Assembly: GCA_964603055.1 (NCBI GenBank)
Contig: CAZRTY010000003.1
Location: 1-40,762 of the forward strand
Direction: 5' to 3'
From: an uncultured Rhodothermales bacterium
GTDB taxonomy: Bacteria > Bacteroidota > Rhodothermia > Rhodothermales > CAZKDQ01
DNA length: 40,762 bases
Under the pieces are notes generated by a model. It did no database searches and was not told where the DNA came from. It saw only the letters and a program-made list of their open reading frames with translations. Position numbers and translations under genes: made by a program. Position 1 is the stretch's first letter, and each line of letters begins with the position of its first letter. Below are positions 1 to 9,634 of the stretch, in pieces.

Positions 1-733
1 GGAAGGTTACGCTGCCGGTCTGCGTCTCCTGCGGGACGTTCGACGGCAGCGGGTCGAAGCGCCACTGCTCGAGCGCCTGCATGACGGACTGCTCGAGCGC
101 CGGGTCGCCTTTAATCAGCGGAAAGCGCTGCACGATTCTGCCTCTAGGGTCGACGGTAATCCGCACCTGAATGGTTGCGTTGACCTGTGATGTATAATCC
201 GGAAGCGGGGCGTGTACCGCCGTGCGATTGAGTCCCTCAATCTGGAACGGCGCCGATGCCTGGTCGTCGGTGCCTTCGCCTTCCTGCCCCGTCTCGCTTC
301 CCGTGTCTCCGTCGGCCGCTCCAACGCCCGGCGGCGCCTGAGGCGAGGCCTCCAGGTTGGCGTCGTCGTCAACGGTTGCCTCCTGCTGCGTCGGCTCTTC
401 GGGCGCGATGAGCTCGCTCTCCGGTGTCTCGACCCGCTCTTCGTCGCGTACGACCTGTTCTTGATCCGGTAGATCAACCGGACGCGCTTCTTCAGGCGGC
501 GTGGCCGACGGCCGCGGCTGTGGCTCGCGTTCGGATGGCGTCTCCTCCGGCTGCAGGCGATCCTCGACGGAGCGCTGCACCGCACGCCCCTCGGCGAGCG
601 GACCAAACTCGACTTCGATATATCCCATATTCTCAAACTGCGGGGCGGCACCGCCGACCATCGTGAGAAATAGGAATAGAAGCAGATGAACCGCCAGGCT
701 CGTACCAAGACCGATGAGGTCGTTCTTATTCAT
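1..733 (-). CDS. TonB-family energy transducer (C-terminal residues run off the window start)
   Basis: Not in the ORF track because there is no stop inside the window. My translation of the minus strand from ATG 733..731 gives MNKNDLIGLGTSLAVHLLLFLFLTMVGG (N-terminal membrane anchor), then a Pro/Glu-rich spacer (EETPSEREPQPRPSATPPEEARP...), then a TonB-like C-terminal domain (PLPDYTSQVNATIQVRITVDPRGRIVQRFPLIKGDPALEQSVMQALEQWRFDPLP). The tracked ORF 115..708 is an out-of-frame Arg-rich shadow of this gene. Confidence 0.8.
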   Translation of the reverse strand, partial: MNKNDLIGLGTSLAVHLLLFLFLTMVGGAAPQFENMGYIEVEFGPLAEGRAVQRSVEDRLQPEETPSEREPQPRPSATPPEEARPVDLPDQEQVVRDEERVETPESELIAPEEPTQQEATVDDDANLEASPQAPPGVGAADGDTGSETGQEGEGTDDQASAPFQIEGLNRTAVHAPLPDYTSQVNATIQVRITVDPRGRIVQRFPLIKGDPALEQSVMQALEQWRFDPLPSNVPQETQTGSVTF

Positions 734-794
734 GAGACCGATTCCGTATTGGGGACCTCAAAAATAACGAAAGTACTCGTATCCACGCCGAACA

Positions 795-1874
795 TTACGC
801 CGAAGCACCTGCCGGCGACGTGGATTCGCAGACCGTGCGCAGCGACTGACCGTACGGCGCACGAATGACGCCGCGCTCTGTGATGATGGCATCGACGAGT
901 TTCGCCGGGGTTACGTCGAACGCGGGATTGTAGACGTTAACGCCCGCCGGTGCGGTAAACTTCCCGAATCCGCGGCGCACCTCCTCGGCGTCGCGCTCTT
1001 CGATCACGATGTCTTGCCCGGATGCCGTGCCGAGATCAATTGTACTGACCGGGGCGGACACGTAAAACGGGACGCCGTGTGCATGCGCGAGAACGGCCAG
1101 GCCGTATGTGCCGATCTTATTCGCGACATCGCCATTGGCTGCGATTCGATCGGCGCCAACGATAACGGCATCCACGTTGCCCCGTTGCATCACATGAGCC
1201 GCCATCGAGTCGGTAATGAGCGTGGCATCGACGCCCGACTTCATGAGCTCCCACGCTGTGATCCGGCTTCCTTGAAGAAGAGGCCGCGTCTCGTCTACGA
1301 ATGCTTTCAGCGGGCGTCCACGTTCCTTCGCGAGAATGATCGGTGCAAGGGCCGTCCCATAACCCGACGTTGCTACGCCACCCGTGTGGCAATGCGTAAG
1401 AACCGTGTTCGCGTCGTCGAGCAGTTCGAGCCCGTACTCGCCCAGACGTCGTCCTGCGTCCTGGTCCTCCGCGAGAATCGATTGAGCCTCTCTTAGAAGC
1501 TGGGCACGCAGTGATCCAGCACCGCCTTCGGATCCGCCTCCCTCCCACTCATTCAGGACCTGTCGCATCCGCTCGAGGGCGTAGAACAGATTGACGGCCG
1601 TCGGACGCGTTCCAGCGAGAAGGTCAATCGAACGACCGACATGTTCTGACAGCTCTCGAGTAGGCCGTTCATCCTGATCACGGAGTGCGAGGACGACGCC
1701 GAACGCGGCCGCGATGCCGATTGCAGGCGCACCGCGAACGGCGAGCCGGCGGATGGCGATGGCCATGGCCTCCGGTGTTTCAATCCGGAGCCAGTTTTCG
1801 TGCTCGGGAAGCGCCGTCTGATCGAGAAGCGATACGGCAAACTCGTCGTCGAGCCAGTGAAGCGGTGGAATCAT
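795..1874 (-). CDS. mtnA: S-methyl-5-thioribose-1-phosphate isomerase (eIF-2B alpha/beta/delta family)
   Basis: 359 aa. The N-terminus LLDQTALPEHENWLRIET, then RRLAVRGAPAIGIAAAFG, VDETRPLLQGSRITAWEL and VGADRIAANGDVANKIGTY are the family landmarks. Confidence 0.85.
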   Translation of the reverse strand: MIPPLHWLDDEFAVSLLDQTALPEHENWLRIETPEAMAIAIRRLAVRGAPAIGIAAAFGVVLALRDQDERPTRELSEHVGRSIDLLAGTRPTAVNLFYALERMRQVLNEWEGGGSEGGAGSLRAQLLREAQSILAEDQDAGRRLGEYGLELLDDANTVLTHCHTGGVATSGYGTALAPIILAKERGRPLKAFVDETRPLLQGSRITAWELMKSGVDATLITDSMAAHVMQRGNVDAVIVGADRIAANGDVANKIGTYGLAVLAHAHGVPFYVSAPVSTIDLGTASGQDIVIEERDAEEVRRGFGKFTAPAGVNVYNPAFDVTPAKLVDAIITERGVIRAPYGQSLRTVCESTSPAGASA

Positions 1875-1956
1875 CTATGATGAGGGTGACGGAACGAGAA
1901 TCGATTCAGTAAACGCCAAGCGGTACACGAGGCGCTACACCGCCGGACAGTTCGCC

Positions 1957-3057
1957 TCAGCGTTGTGCAATGGGTGTGCCGAAACGCATGCTCGCGGCGA
2001 TCCGATGCGAAAAACCGAGCTCCGAGGGAATGCCTGCGAAATCGCCGAAGCCATAGTCAATGGAAATCCGATCGAGGATGAGCCCTGCGCCTACGGTGGG
2101 TACGATATCAGCGCCGCCGCGCCCATCCGTGGCAAGCCGGTTAATGCCGGCTCTGAGGGCAACCAGATTTCGGTAGACGTATTCGGCACCAAGCCGCGGG
2201 TGGAACGACACCTCGCCCATATTGGCGGCATAGGTTTTCTGCCCATCGAAGGCAAGATCAACGTCGGCGGCAACGGTCACGGCGTGCATCCCCATCGGGA
2301 TTGAATAGCCGGCGCCTAGTCTCATAAGTGGGAGTACCAGCTCGGTACCGCCCTCCGGCATTACTTCGCCGAAGTCTTCCTCGATCGGACGGAGCGCATC
2401 CTGATTCACGCTCCACGTCTGAAGCATCGTCGATGCGTCTTGCAGGGTGGCTCCGGCCGTGAATCCGCCCATCGTGTACTGCACGGCGACGTCGAAGCTA
2501 TATCCCCACGCCGAGGCAAAGTGGCCGATGTTTCGGCGGATAACCTTCGCCGTAACTCCGGCCGACAACGCATCATTGACGCGGCGGCCGTAGCTGAAGA
2601 AGAACGCATAGTCGGCAGCGGAGAACGTCGTGATGTGCGATCCGGGGTCCGACTTGGGGCGGTCGCGCTCGGAATCCCACGCGTCGAGCGTGTTTTTGAT
2701 GTCGTTGACGCCGCTGCGGAAGAAGGAAATCCCAACGGCTGAGCGATCGTTGAGCGGAAAAACGCCACCTGCGTAATCGAACGATACAATCCCCGCGAAC
2801 CGCTCGGCGTGCATGTAGCCGACTTCCGAGTGGGTGATCCGCGCGAGCCCCGCCGGATTCCAGTAGCCCGCACTTACGTCTTGCGCGAGGCCGACGTGAG
2901 CGCCGCCCATGCCAAGAGCTCGCCCGCCTACACCGCCCGCAAGGAACTCGGCGCCATAACGGACGACCGTCTGGGCACTAACAGGGGCAACGCTAAAGAG
3001 AAACAGAACCAGAGCGAGCGACAACCCGGCGATTCGAGCGCGATTACGACTCATCAA
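1957..3057 (-). CDS. PorV/PorQ-family (FadL-like) outer-membrane beta-barrel, T9SS-associated family
   Basis: 366 aa. Signal peptide MMSRNRARIAGLSLALVLFLFSVAPVSAQ. GGRALGMGGAHVGLAQDVSAGYWNPAGLA is the typical PorV/PorQ N-terminal motif. The rest shows an alternating beta-strand pattern and ends in an aromatic-rich C-terminus. Confidence 0.6.
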   Translation of the reverse strand: MMSRNRARIAGLSLALVLFLFSVAPVSAQTVVRYGAEFLAGGVGGRALGMGGAHVGLAQDVSAGYWNPAGLARITHSEVGYMHAERFAGIVSFDYAGGVFPLNDRSAVGISFFRSGVNDIKNTLDAWDSERDRPKSDPGSHITTFSAADYAFFFSYGRRVNDALSAGVTAKVIRRNIGHFASAWGYSFDVAVQYTMGGFTAGATLQDASTMLQTWSVNQDALRPIEEDFGEVMPEGGTELVLPLMRLGAGYSIPMGMHAVTVAADVDLAFDGQKTYAANMGEVSFHPRLGAEYVYRNLVALRAGINRLATDGRGGADIVPTVGAGLILDRISIDYGFGDFAGIPSELGFSHRIAASMRFGTPIAQR

Positions 3058-3259
3058 TAGAAGGATAACGACGAATTAATGGAGTCGTAGCGTTGCTTCA
3101 GAAGCTCAGTATCAGACAATGAAAAGGAAGCTGGTGCCGCGTGCTAAACCATTGCAAGATCTGCAATTAGCGCCGACTGGTCAAGGCATAGTTACGGATA
3201 TTCATCGCGGTGTGCTAATGGATCAGATAGCGCAGTCGCGCAGCCGAAGAGCGCGTCGA

Positions 3260-4564
3260 CTATCCGAGCTTCCTGAGCCGTGCGCCGAAAGCTCCGTCGA
3301 TGCCGTGCCGGTACGGCAGTGCCTGGTAATATCCGGTCTCAGTAACAAGTTCTTTGGGTACGAATTCGGCCGCCGTCTCGAGGTGGAAATCGGGATTGCG
3401 TTGAAGAAAGTGCTCGACCTGTGTTTCATTCTCTTCGGGCTCGATGCTACAGGTCGCGTAGACAAGGAGGCCACCTGGAGCCACGGCTTCTGCTGCGCCG
3501 TCGAGTAGTCGAGCCTGCAGCGCAATGAGCTCCGCGAGCTGCTCGGGTGTGCGCCGCCACCGTAAATCAGCTCGCTTGTTCATCACGCCGAACCCTGAAC
3601 AAGGCGCATCGAGAAGGACGGCATCGGCCTGCCCGACGATCTCCGCGAGCTTTTCTGCGTCCCCCGCCTTTGCCTCCACGTTATCGAGGCCGAGCCGAGC
3701 CGCGGCCTTACCGATCAGCTTCGTCCTCCCCGCATGAATATCTACGGCAATGACACGCCGATCGTTCATCTGAGCGGCGTAAAGCGCCTTGCCGCCCGGA
3801 GCCGCACAGGCGTCCACAAGCAAGCCATCCACATCCGCCAGCAAATGCACAACGAGGCCGGCGGCTTCGTCCTGTACCACGCAGAGTCCTTCCCGAATCA
3901 TGTTCGCGTGGATGAGCGGCTGCAGCGAACGCACGCGCACGAAGTCATCGAGGAAAGAAGACGGCTCGTGTTCTACCTCGAGCTCGTCGAGTTTCGTGAT
4001 GAAAGACGCTCGGTCGATGCGCGCGGTATTGATCCGCACGCCGTAAACAGGTCGTGCGTTGTTCCATTCGATCAAACGCTGTGTTTCATCCGCGCCAAGT
4101 CGTTTGAGCCATCGTCTGACAATCCATGTGGGATGCGACCCGAGTATTGCGACGTTTTCCGCGTCGTCCGTTGACGTCGGCTCCGGCAATTGATCACGTT
4201 GCCGCAGCACGGATCGCAGAATCCCGTTCGTAAGTCCTGATGCACCGCGACCGGACAACTGGCGTGCAAGGTCGACGGCTTCGTTGACGGCCGCGTGCGG
4301 CGGCGTCTCGAGAATCAGCAATTCGTAGAGGCCAATCCTCAGCACATGCCGGATCGACTCTTCGAGCTTCTCGGGCTCGCCTTTGAAGAAATGATCGATC
4401 AGAAAATCGAGGCGCCGCTGCCAGCGCGTGACACCCGACACGAGTTCAGTCGCATAGCGGCGGTCTCGCGGATCGAGGTCGGCCGAGGTCTCGATCAACG
4501 CGCGGTAGGCGCCCTCCCCTGAAATCCGTCTAAGTTGCCGAACGGCCTCTTCGCGAGCACTCAT
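3260..4564 (-). CDS. rsmB: 16S rRNA (cytosine967-C5)-methyltransferase RsmB/Sun
   Basis: 434 aa. NusB-like N-terminal domain, then SAM-MTase motifs VDACAAPGGK, LLDAPCSGFGV and LVYATCSIEPEENE. Its start overlaps the stop of the upstream gene (TAATG). Confidence 0.85.
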   Translation of the reverse strand: MSAREEAVRQLRRISGEGAYRALIETSADLDPRDRRYATELVSGVTRWQRRLDFLIDHFFKGEPEKLEESIRHVLRIGLYELLILETPPHAAVNEAVDLARQLSGRGASGLTNGILRSVLRQRDQLPEPTSTDDAENVAILGSHPTWIVRRWLKRLGADETQRLIEWNNARPVYGVRINTARIDRASFITKLDELEVEHEPSSFLDDFVRVRSLQPLIHANMIREGLCVVQDEAAGLVVHLLADVDGLLVDACAAPGGKALYAAQMNDRRVIAVDIHAGRTKLIGKAAARLGLDNVEAKAGDAEKLAEIVGQADAVLLDAPCSGFGVMNKRADLRWRRTPEQLAELIALQARLLDGAAEAVAPGGLLVYATCSIEPEENETQVEHFLQRNPDFHLETAAEFVPKELVTETGYYQALPYRHGIDGAFGARLRKLG

Positions 4565-5988
4565 TAATACCGGGGATTGCGTATTCGATGTGATACTTCT
4601 TTGGCCGCAGCACTGGCGGCGAGCGTCAAGACGTCTCGAGCCGGCGAAACGGGCGGATTGTAGACGAGATCCAGATTCATGAGATCAAACACGGTGCCGC
4701 GCTGCCTGAGGATTGGCACCAGGACGTTGACTCGCATTGCGGCACCGTCGTTGCCGACGATCTCACCGCCGAGCAGGCGGCCCGTCCGGTGCTCGGCGAC
4801 CAGGCGAACATGGATCTCGGCCGATTCCGGCGCTGACGAACCGCGCGAGACATGCTTCACGACGACGTCGAAGCAATCAAAGCCTGCATCTCTTGCCTCT
4901 TGCATACGGAGGCCCACTGCCGCCACTTCGAGGCCGAAGACTTTCACTGCCGATGCCACGACCACGCCGGGAAATCGCTCGGGCGTGCCACGGCCTTTCC
5001 GAGCGGCGTTACGGGCGGCAACGCGGGCCGTCCGAAAAGCAACCGGTGATAAGGGCAGGTTGATTTTCGCGCCATCGATCATGCGCGTCACTTCGCAAAC
5101 ATCACCGCAGGCCCAGACATTCGGCAGGTTCGTCCGCATACCCTCATCACACGCAACAGCGCCTGTTTTTCCGAGCCGCACTCCGGCGGCAGATGCCAGA
5201 TCCGTATTCGGAACGATGCCGGTGCAGAGCAGCACGAGATCGCAGTAGATCAATTCACCACGATCGGTGCGGACAGCCTTGAGCTTTTCGTGCCGATCTG
5301 TCTCAATCGCCGTTGCCGCCTCAAAGCGCAGCGCGACGCCATGCTCGCGGAATCGGGTATGGATGATCGGCCGCAGCGCATCGTCAATGTGGCGGTTCAT
5401 CAACCCACCTGCCGGCTCGACGATGGACACGCGGATACCTCGCCGCCGCAGTGCCTCCGCCATCTCAAGGCCGATATAGCCTCCTCCAAGAATAACGGCG
5501 TGCTTGACCTCCTCTCGATCGAGCCTCGATCGCAATTGGATGAGGTCATCGAGCCGCCTGACGGGATAGACGCCCTCGGCGCCGACACCCGGCATCTCGG
5601 GGATTCTCACGCGCGCGCCCGTTGCAAGGATGAACTTGTCGAATCGCTCATGGGATACCTCCCCATCCGTGAGCCGCCGGACCACGAGGCGATTTCGGTC
5701 CGGCAAGATCGCTTCTACACGGTGCCGGGTTTTCACGGTGACACCCTTCGCTCGCTCGAATTCTGCGGGATCGAAAACGATTAGATCATCATGATTCGCC
5801 ATCCCTCCCGCAGCAAAATGCGGCATCTCGCAGGCACTGTACGAGATGTGCTCGCCTTGCTCAAAAAGCACGACATCGGCATTCGGATCTACGCGTGCAG
5901 CTTCGGCTGCCGCTGCCGGCCCCGCCGCAACCCCGCCGATAATGGCAATCCGCTGTTGCTGCATACGCGATTTAACTGTCGATGACAC
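4564..5988 (-). CDS. FAD-dependent pyridine nucleotide-disulfide oxidoreductase (CoA-disulfide reductase / NADH oxidase family)
   Basis: 474 aa. FAD dinucleotide fold IAIIGGVAAGPAAAAEAAR, single redox Cys in SYSACEMPHF, second Rossmann ILGGGYIGLEMAEAL, and the ACGDVCE motif. Confidence 0.75.
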   Translation of the reverse strand: MSSTVKSRMQQQRIAIIGGVAAGPAAAAEAARVDPNADVVLFEQGEHISYSACEMPHFAAGGMANHDDLIVFDPAEFERAKGVTVKTRHRVEAILPDRNRLVVRRLTDGEVSHERFDKFILATGARVRIPEMPGVGAEGVYPVRRLDDLIQLRSRLDREEVKHAVILGGGYIGLEMAEALRRRGIRVSIVEPAGGLMNRHIDDALRPIIHTRFREHGVALRFEAATAIETDRHEKLKAVRTDRGELIYCDLVLLCTGIVPNTDLASAAGVRLGKTGAVACDEGMRTNLPNVWACGDVCEVTRMIDGAKINLPLSPVAFRTARVAARNAARKGRGTPERFPGVVVASAVKVFGLEVAAVGLRMQEARDAGFDCFDVVVKHVSRGSSAPESAEIHVRLVAEHRTGRLLGGEIVGNDGAAMRVNVLVPILRQRGTVFDLMNLDLVYNPPVSPARDVLTLAASAAAKEVSHRIRNPRY

Positions 5989-5994
5989 GATCTG

Positions 5995-6945
5995 CTACTC
6001 GGGCCGAAGTGCCGTTAAAGGATCATCAGGCTCGACGTGACCGCGTGGATGAGCCTTGTCGTGTGCAGCCGGCTCAAGGTGGGCGGTTACGACGACATCG
6101 TCCTCGGGGAAAACGCGGTCCAGCTCCTCCTCCACATCGTGCGACGCCGAGTGCGCTGCCGCCAGCTTCACATCCCCCTCAAACAAAAGATGGTATTCGA
6201 TCCATCGCTGACTACCCGTCTGACGATGACGTACCTGGTGATACCCGGCTACTGCCCCTTGATCCACGGCGGCGTCGAGAACGGAAAGAATGGCGAGCGT
6301 GTCTTCATCGTCGCTCTTTTCCATCAGCCCCTCAAACGACTGTCTGATCAACTGATAGGCTGTGAGCAAAATGTTTAGCGCCACGCCAATTGCCACGAGA
6401 GGGTCGAGCCAAACGATGTCGGTAATGATCACCAGGCCAACGCCCACCATCACCCCGATACTCGTCCACATATCCGTCAGCACATGACGCCCGTTCGCGA
6501 CCAGCGCAAGGTTGTTGTACCGCCTGCCGCTGCGTATCAAATAGAGGCCGAGCGCCAGGTTGACGAGCGTCAGCGTTACGAGCACGCCGAGTCCCAGACC
6601 CAACTGCTGCAGCTCGGGACCACGGATGAGGTCATCGATGGCCGAGTAGATGATCACGCCGGCCGCCAGCATGATCAGTCCGCCTTCAAAGCCCGCCGAG
6701 AAATACGACGCCTTGCCATGGCCGTATGGATGGTCGGCATCGGCGGGTTTTAGCGAGTACCACACACTGATCGCGACGATGACCGTCGCCAGGATGTGGA
6801 CGATTGATTCGGCGGCATCCGAGAAAATGGCCGCGCTGCCAGTCAGCACGTAAGCCGAGACCTTTCCCGCAAGCATCAGGACGCTGACGAGCACGCTCAC
6901 CAGTATCGGCTTGAAACGTGGATCGGTCAGACGGGCGTCGGGCAT
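5995..6945 (-). CDS. Cation diffusion facilitator (CDF) family divalent-metal efflux transporter
   Basis: 316 aa with six predicted TM helices. Metal-site motifs SDAAESIVH (TM2) and HVLTDMWTSIG (TM5), a C-terminal cytoplasmic domain and a His-rich tail (AAHDKAHPRGH). Confidence 0.85.
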   Translation of the reverse strand: MPDARLTDPRFKPILVSVLVSVLMLAGKVSAYVLTGSAAIFSDAAESIVHILATVIVAISVWYSLKPADADHPYGHGKASYFSAGFEGGLIMLAAGVIIYSAIDDLIRGPELQQLGLGLGVLVTLTLVNLALGLYLIRSGRRYNNLALVANGRHVLTDMWTSIGVMVGVGLVIITDIVWLDPLVAIGVALNILLTAYQLIRQSFEGLMEKSDDEDTLAILSVLDAAVDQGAVAGYHQVRHRQTGSQRWIEYHLLFEGDVKLAAAHSASHDVEEELDRVFPEDDVVVTAHLEPAAHDKAHPRGHVEPDDPLTALRPE

Positions 6946-7020
6946 TCAGATGAAAATGAGGCTGGTGGCGAGAGCTATTCCGATGCGTCCCCGCTGCCGG
7001 GCCGAATCAGGCGCAATTTA

Positions 7021-8928
7021 ATGAACACTTGCGACATCGGGGACGTTCGAGCCAGCGTTCATTCGATGTTCGAGACGATGACCGACGAGCTACGCGAGAA
7101 GCTTAATAACCTCCCGACGCGGCCGGGAGTCTACCAGCACAAGGATTCAGAAGGCAACGTTCTTTACGTCGGCAAGGCCAAGAACTTGCGATCGCGGGTA
7201 CGCTCGTATTTCCAGGAGGCCAGACCCGCGGATGGCCGGCTCCGGATCATGATCCGGAAGATTAACGACACCGAGGTCATCGTTACCGATACCGAGGCCG
7301 AGGCCCTCATCCTCGAGAACAACCTCATCAAGAAGCTCAAGCCGCGCTACAACATCAACCTGCGCGACGACAAGAGCTACCCGTTCATCTGCATCAAGAA
7401 CGAACGTTTCCCCCGCGTCTTCCCGACGCGCCGCGTGCGCAAAGACGGATCGAAGTACTTCGGCCCCTACACCGACGTCAAGAACATGCGGCTGATGCTG
7501 CGCACCATCCGTTCCATCTTTATGCTGCGCACGTGCAACCTCAACCTGACGCAGTCGGCCATCGATGCGGGCAAGTATCAGCCTTGCCTCGAGTATCACA
7601 TCAAGAAATGTGCGGCGCCGTGCGTGGGCCTGCAGCCGGAGGAGGACTATAATCAGACGATCATGCAGATCGAGAAGCTGCTGAATGGCCACACGAAGGA
7701 ATTGATCGGCTTGCTGCGCGATGAGATGAAACGCCTCGCCTCGGAGATGAAGTTCGAGGAGGCAGCATCGCTTCGGGATCGGATCGCCGCGCTCGAGAAA
7801 TACTCCGCCCGCCAGCGCATCGTCAGCCAGGATTTCGAAGATCGCGATGTCTTCGCCCTCGCCGTCGACCGCGAGGAAAGCGTAGCCTGCGGTGTCTTAT
7901 TCAAAGTGCGCGAAGGCACCGTCATCGGCCGGCAGCACAAGTACATCCGTCGCATCGAGGGGCTGACGGATGAATCGCTGCTGCAGTCGCTCCTCGAGTC
8001 GTACTACACCGAGACCACGTTCTTCCCCGAAGAAGTCCTGCTGTCGCACAACATCCCCGAGCCCGAACCGCTTGAAGAAGTCCTTCGCCGCGGGCGCGGC
8101 AAGAAAGTAGCCGTCCGCATGCCACAGCGAGGCGACAAAGCCGGGCTCGTGCGCATGGTCGAAACCAACGCCAACCTGCTTCTCGACGAGTGGAAACTCC
8201 AGAAAGAGAAGCGGGGCGAGGATCGCATTCCGTTCGCGGTCAAGAAGCTGCACAAAGATTTGCGGCTCGACGACCTGCCCCGCCGGATGGAATGCTTCGA
8301 CATCTCGCACCTCTCCGGCACCGGCACCGTCGCATCCTGCGTCGTCTTCCAAGATGGCAAGCCGCGAAAGAGCGATTATCGCCATTACAAGATTCGCTCG
8401 GCCGAGGGCAAGCCCGACGACTATCTCTCCATGCGCGAGGTCATTGCGCGCCGCTACAAACGAATCCTTGCCGACGACGGCCCGTGGCCGGACCTCGTCG
8501 TTATCGACGGCGGCAAAGGTCAGCTCTCGAGCGCCGTCGAAGCGCTCCAGGAGGTCGGCGCCTACGGCCGTTTCCCTGTCATCGGCCTCGCCAAGCGCCT
8601 CGAGGAGGTCTTCTTCCCGGGCGACTCCGAATCGATGCTCATCGCCAAAGACTCGGCATCACTCCAGCTCCTGCAACGCCTCCGCAACGAAGCCCACCGC
8701 TTCGCCATCTCGTTCCAGCGCACACAACGCACGAAGCGAACCATCCGGACCGAGCTCACCGAGATCCCCGGCATCGGCCCAAAAGTATCGGCACGGCTCA
8801 TCGGCACATTCGGCTCGGTAAAGCAAGTCCGCGAGGCCTCCGAAGAACAGCTCTCGGCTGTCGTCGGACCCGCACGCGCACGGGCCGTCAAAACCTACTT
8901 CGAGGAGCAGGTCGAAAATCCAGCGTAG
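7021..8928 (+). CDS. uvrC: Excinuclease ABC subunit C
   Basis: 635 aa as tracked. GIY-YIG domain (PGVYQHKDSEGNVLYVGKAKNLRSRVRSY...KPRYN), UVR domain (FEEAASLRDRIAALE), RNase-H-like endonuclease domain and C-terminal (HhH)2 (LTEIPGIGPKVSARLIGTFGS). The start is uncertain; in-frame ATGs at 7066 and 7078 are equally plausible. Confidence 0.95.
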   Translation: MNTCDIGDVRASVHSMFETMTDELREKLNNLPTRPGVYQHKDSEGNVLYVGKAKNLRSRVRSYFQEARPADGRLRIMIRKINDTEVIVTDTEAEALILENNLIKKLKPRYNINLRDDKSYPFICIKNERFPRVFPTRRVRKDGSKYFGPYTDVKNMRLMLRTIRSIFMLRTCNLNLTQSAIDAGKYQPCLEYHIKKCAAPCVGLQPEEDYNQTIMQIEKLLNGHTKELIGLLRDEMKRLASEMKFEEAASLRDRIAALEKYSARQRIVSQDFEDRDVFALAVDREESVACGVLFKVREGTVIGRQHKYIRRIEGLTDESLLQSLLESYYTETTFFPEEVLLSHNIPEPEPLEEVLRRGRGKKVAVRMPQRGDKAGLVRMVETNANLLLDEWKLQKEKRGEDRIPFAVKKLHKDLRLDDLPRRMECFDISHLSGTGTVASCVVFQDGKPRKSDYRHYKIRSAEGKPDDYLSMREVIARRYKRILADDGPWPDLVVIDGGKGQLSSAVEALQEVGAYGRFPVIGLAKRLEEVFFPGDSESMLIAKDSASLQLLQRLRNEAHRFAISFQRTQRTKRTIRTELTEIPGIGPKVSARLIGTFGSVKQVREASEEQLSAVVGPARARAVKTYFEEQVENPA

Positions 8929-9112
8929 GGCCAGAGTCCTAGCGGCATCGCTCTTTCGCGGCGGGCTTTGTTTTGTGGGGAACCGGGCTGCCGCCTCGCC
9001 CCCGTCCGCGGCCCCGCGCCGGGACGCCGATGGCCTCGTCCGCCCCAGCCGCTCTTTATCCGCCAACTTCGGACGCTCGATCGTAACGCCGCCAACAAAA
9101 TGAGCGGGCCAT

Positions 9113-9148
9113 AAAAAAAGCCCCGGCCGTAAACCGACCGGGGCTTTT
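9113..9148 (-). terminator. Rho-independent terminator of the cold-shock gene (could also stop uvrC read-through)
   Basis: Perfect 7-bp GC stem gccccgg / ccggggc (9120..9126 and 9138..9144) with an 11-nt loop. It is flanked by A7 (9113..9119) and T4 (9145..9148). On the minus-strand transcript the hairpin is followed by U7. It lies 25 nt downstream of the csp stop. Confidence 0.8.
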
Positions 9149-9172
9149 AGCGATTCGTCAAAACGGAACCGA

Positions 9173-9388
9173 TCAGCTGATCACTTCCACGTTCTGAGCG
9201 TTCGGACCTTTCTGTCCCTGACCAACCGAATACTCAACATGGTCACCCTCGTTAAGAGAGCGGAACCCGTCGCTGCTGATCTCGCTGTGATGGACGAATA
9301 GATCTTTACCGCCTGCATCAGGGGTGATGAAGCCGTAGCCCTTTTCGTCGTTGAACCATTTTACGGTTCCTGTTTCGCGGTCTGCCAT
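9173..9388 (-). CDS. Cold-shock protein, CspA family (single CSD)
   Basis: 71 aa. [15 protein letters not shown] (RNP1) and DLFVHHS (RNP2). Confidence 0.95.
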   Translation of the reverse strand: MADRETGTVKWFNDEKGYGFITPDAGGKDLFVHHSEISSDGFRSLNEGDHVEYSVGQGQKGPNAQNVEVIS

Positions 9389-9634
9389 TGTGTAAAGCCT
9401 GTACCAGAAGAAAAACGTGAATCACGTGGCAAAGCCGATCTGTACTTCACTGCGTAAAGAATACTACGATGGGCTACTGCCTCGAACAAATTAAAGATAC
9501 ATCGAAGATTATCCCGTGTCAATCCTCTTATGCACGATGCATTTGCATATACCCTTCGGTAAGTTTTGGCGGCAGCTTAAGTAGGGCTTATCTGTGCGGC
9601 GGCCCGATGTAGTCATCACCTCAGTCTCTCCCCA
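9389..9634. promoter_or_regulatory. AT-rich divergent intergenic region: csp 5' leader/promoter plus the promoter of the SpmA-like gene
   Basis: 246 nt without a credible ORF, visibly more AT-rich than its flanks. CspA-family genes classically carry long structured 5' leaders. No transcription start can be fixed by eye. Confidence 0.4.

Noticed and set aside
115-708. 197-aa minus-strand ORF (MVRAWRF..., about 30% Arg)
   Set aside because: It is out of frame with, and fully inside, the convincing TonB-like reading frame (1..733). Extreme Arg/Ser/Pro content is typical of off-frame ORFs in GC-rich DNA.
8190-8942. 250-aa and other plus/minus ORFs inside uvrC (8190..8942, 8354..8821, 7897..8385, 8659..9066)
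   Set aside because: They are alternative-frame or antisense shadows of the well-supported uvrC frame. They are Arg/Pro/Ser-rich with no motifs.
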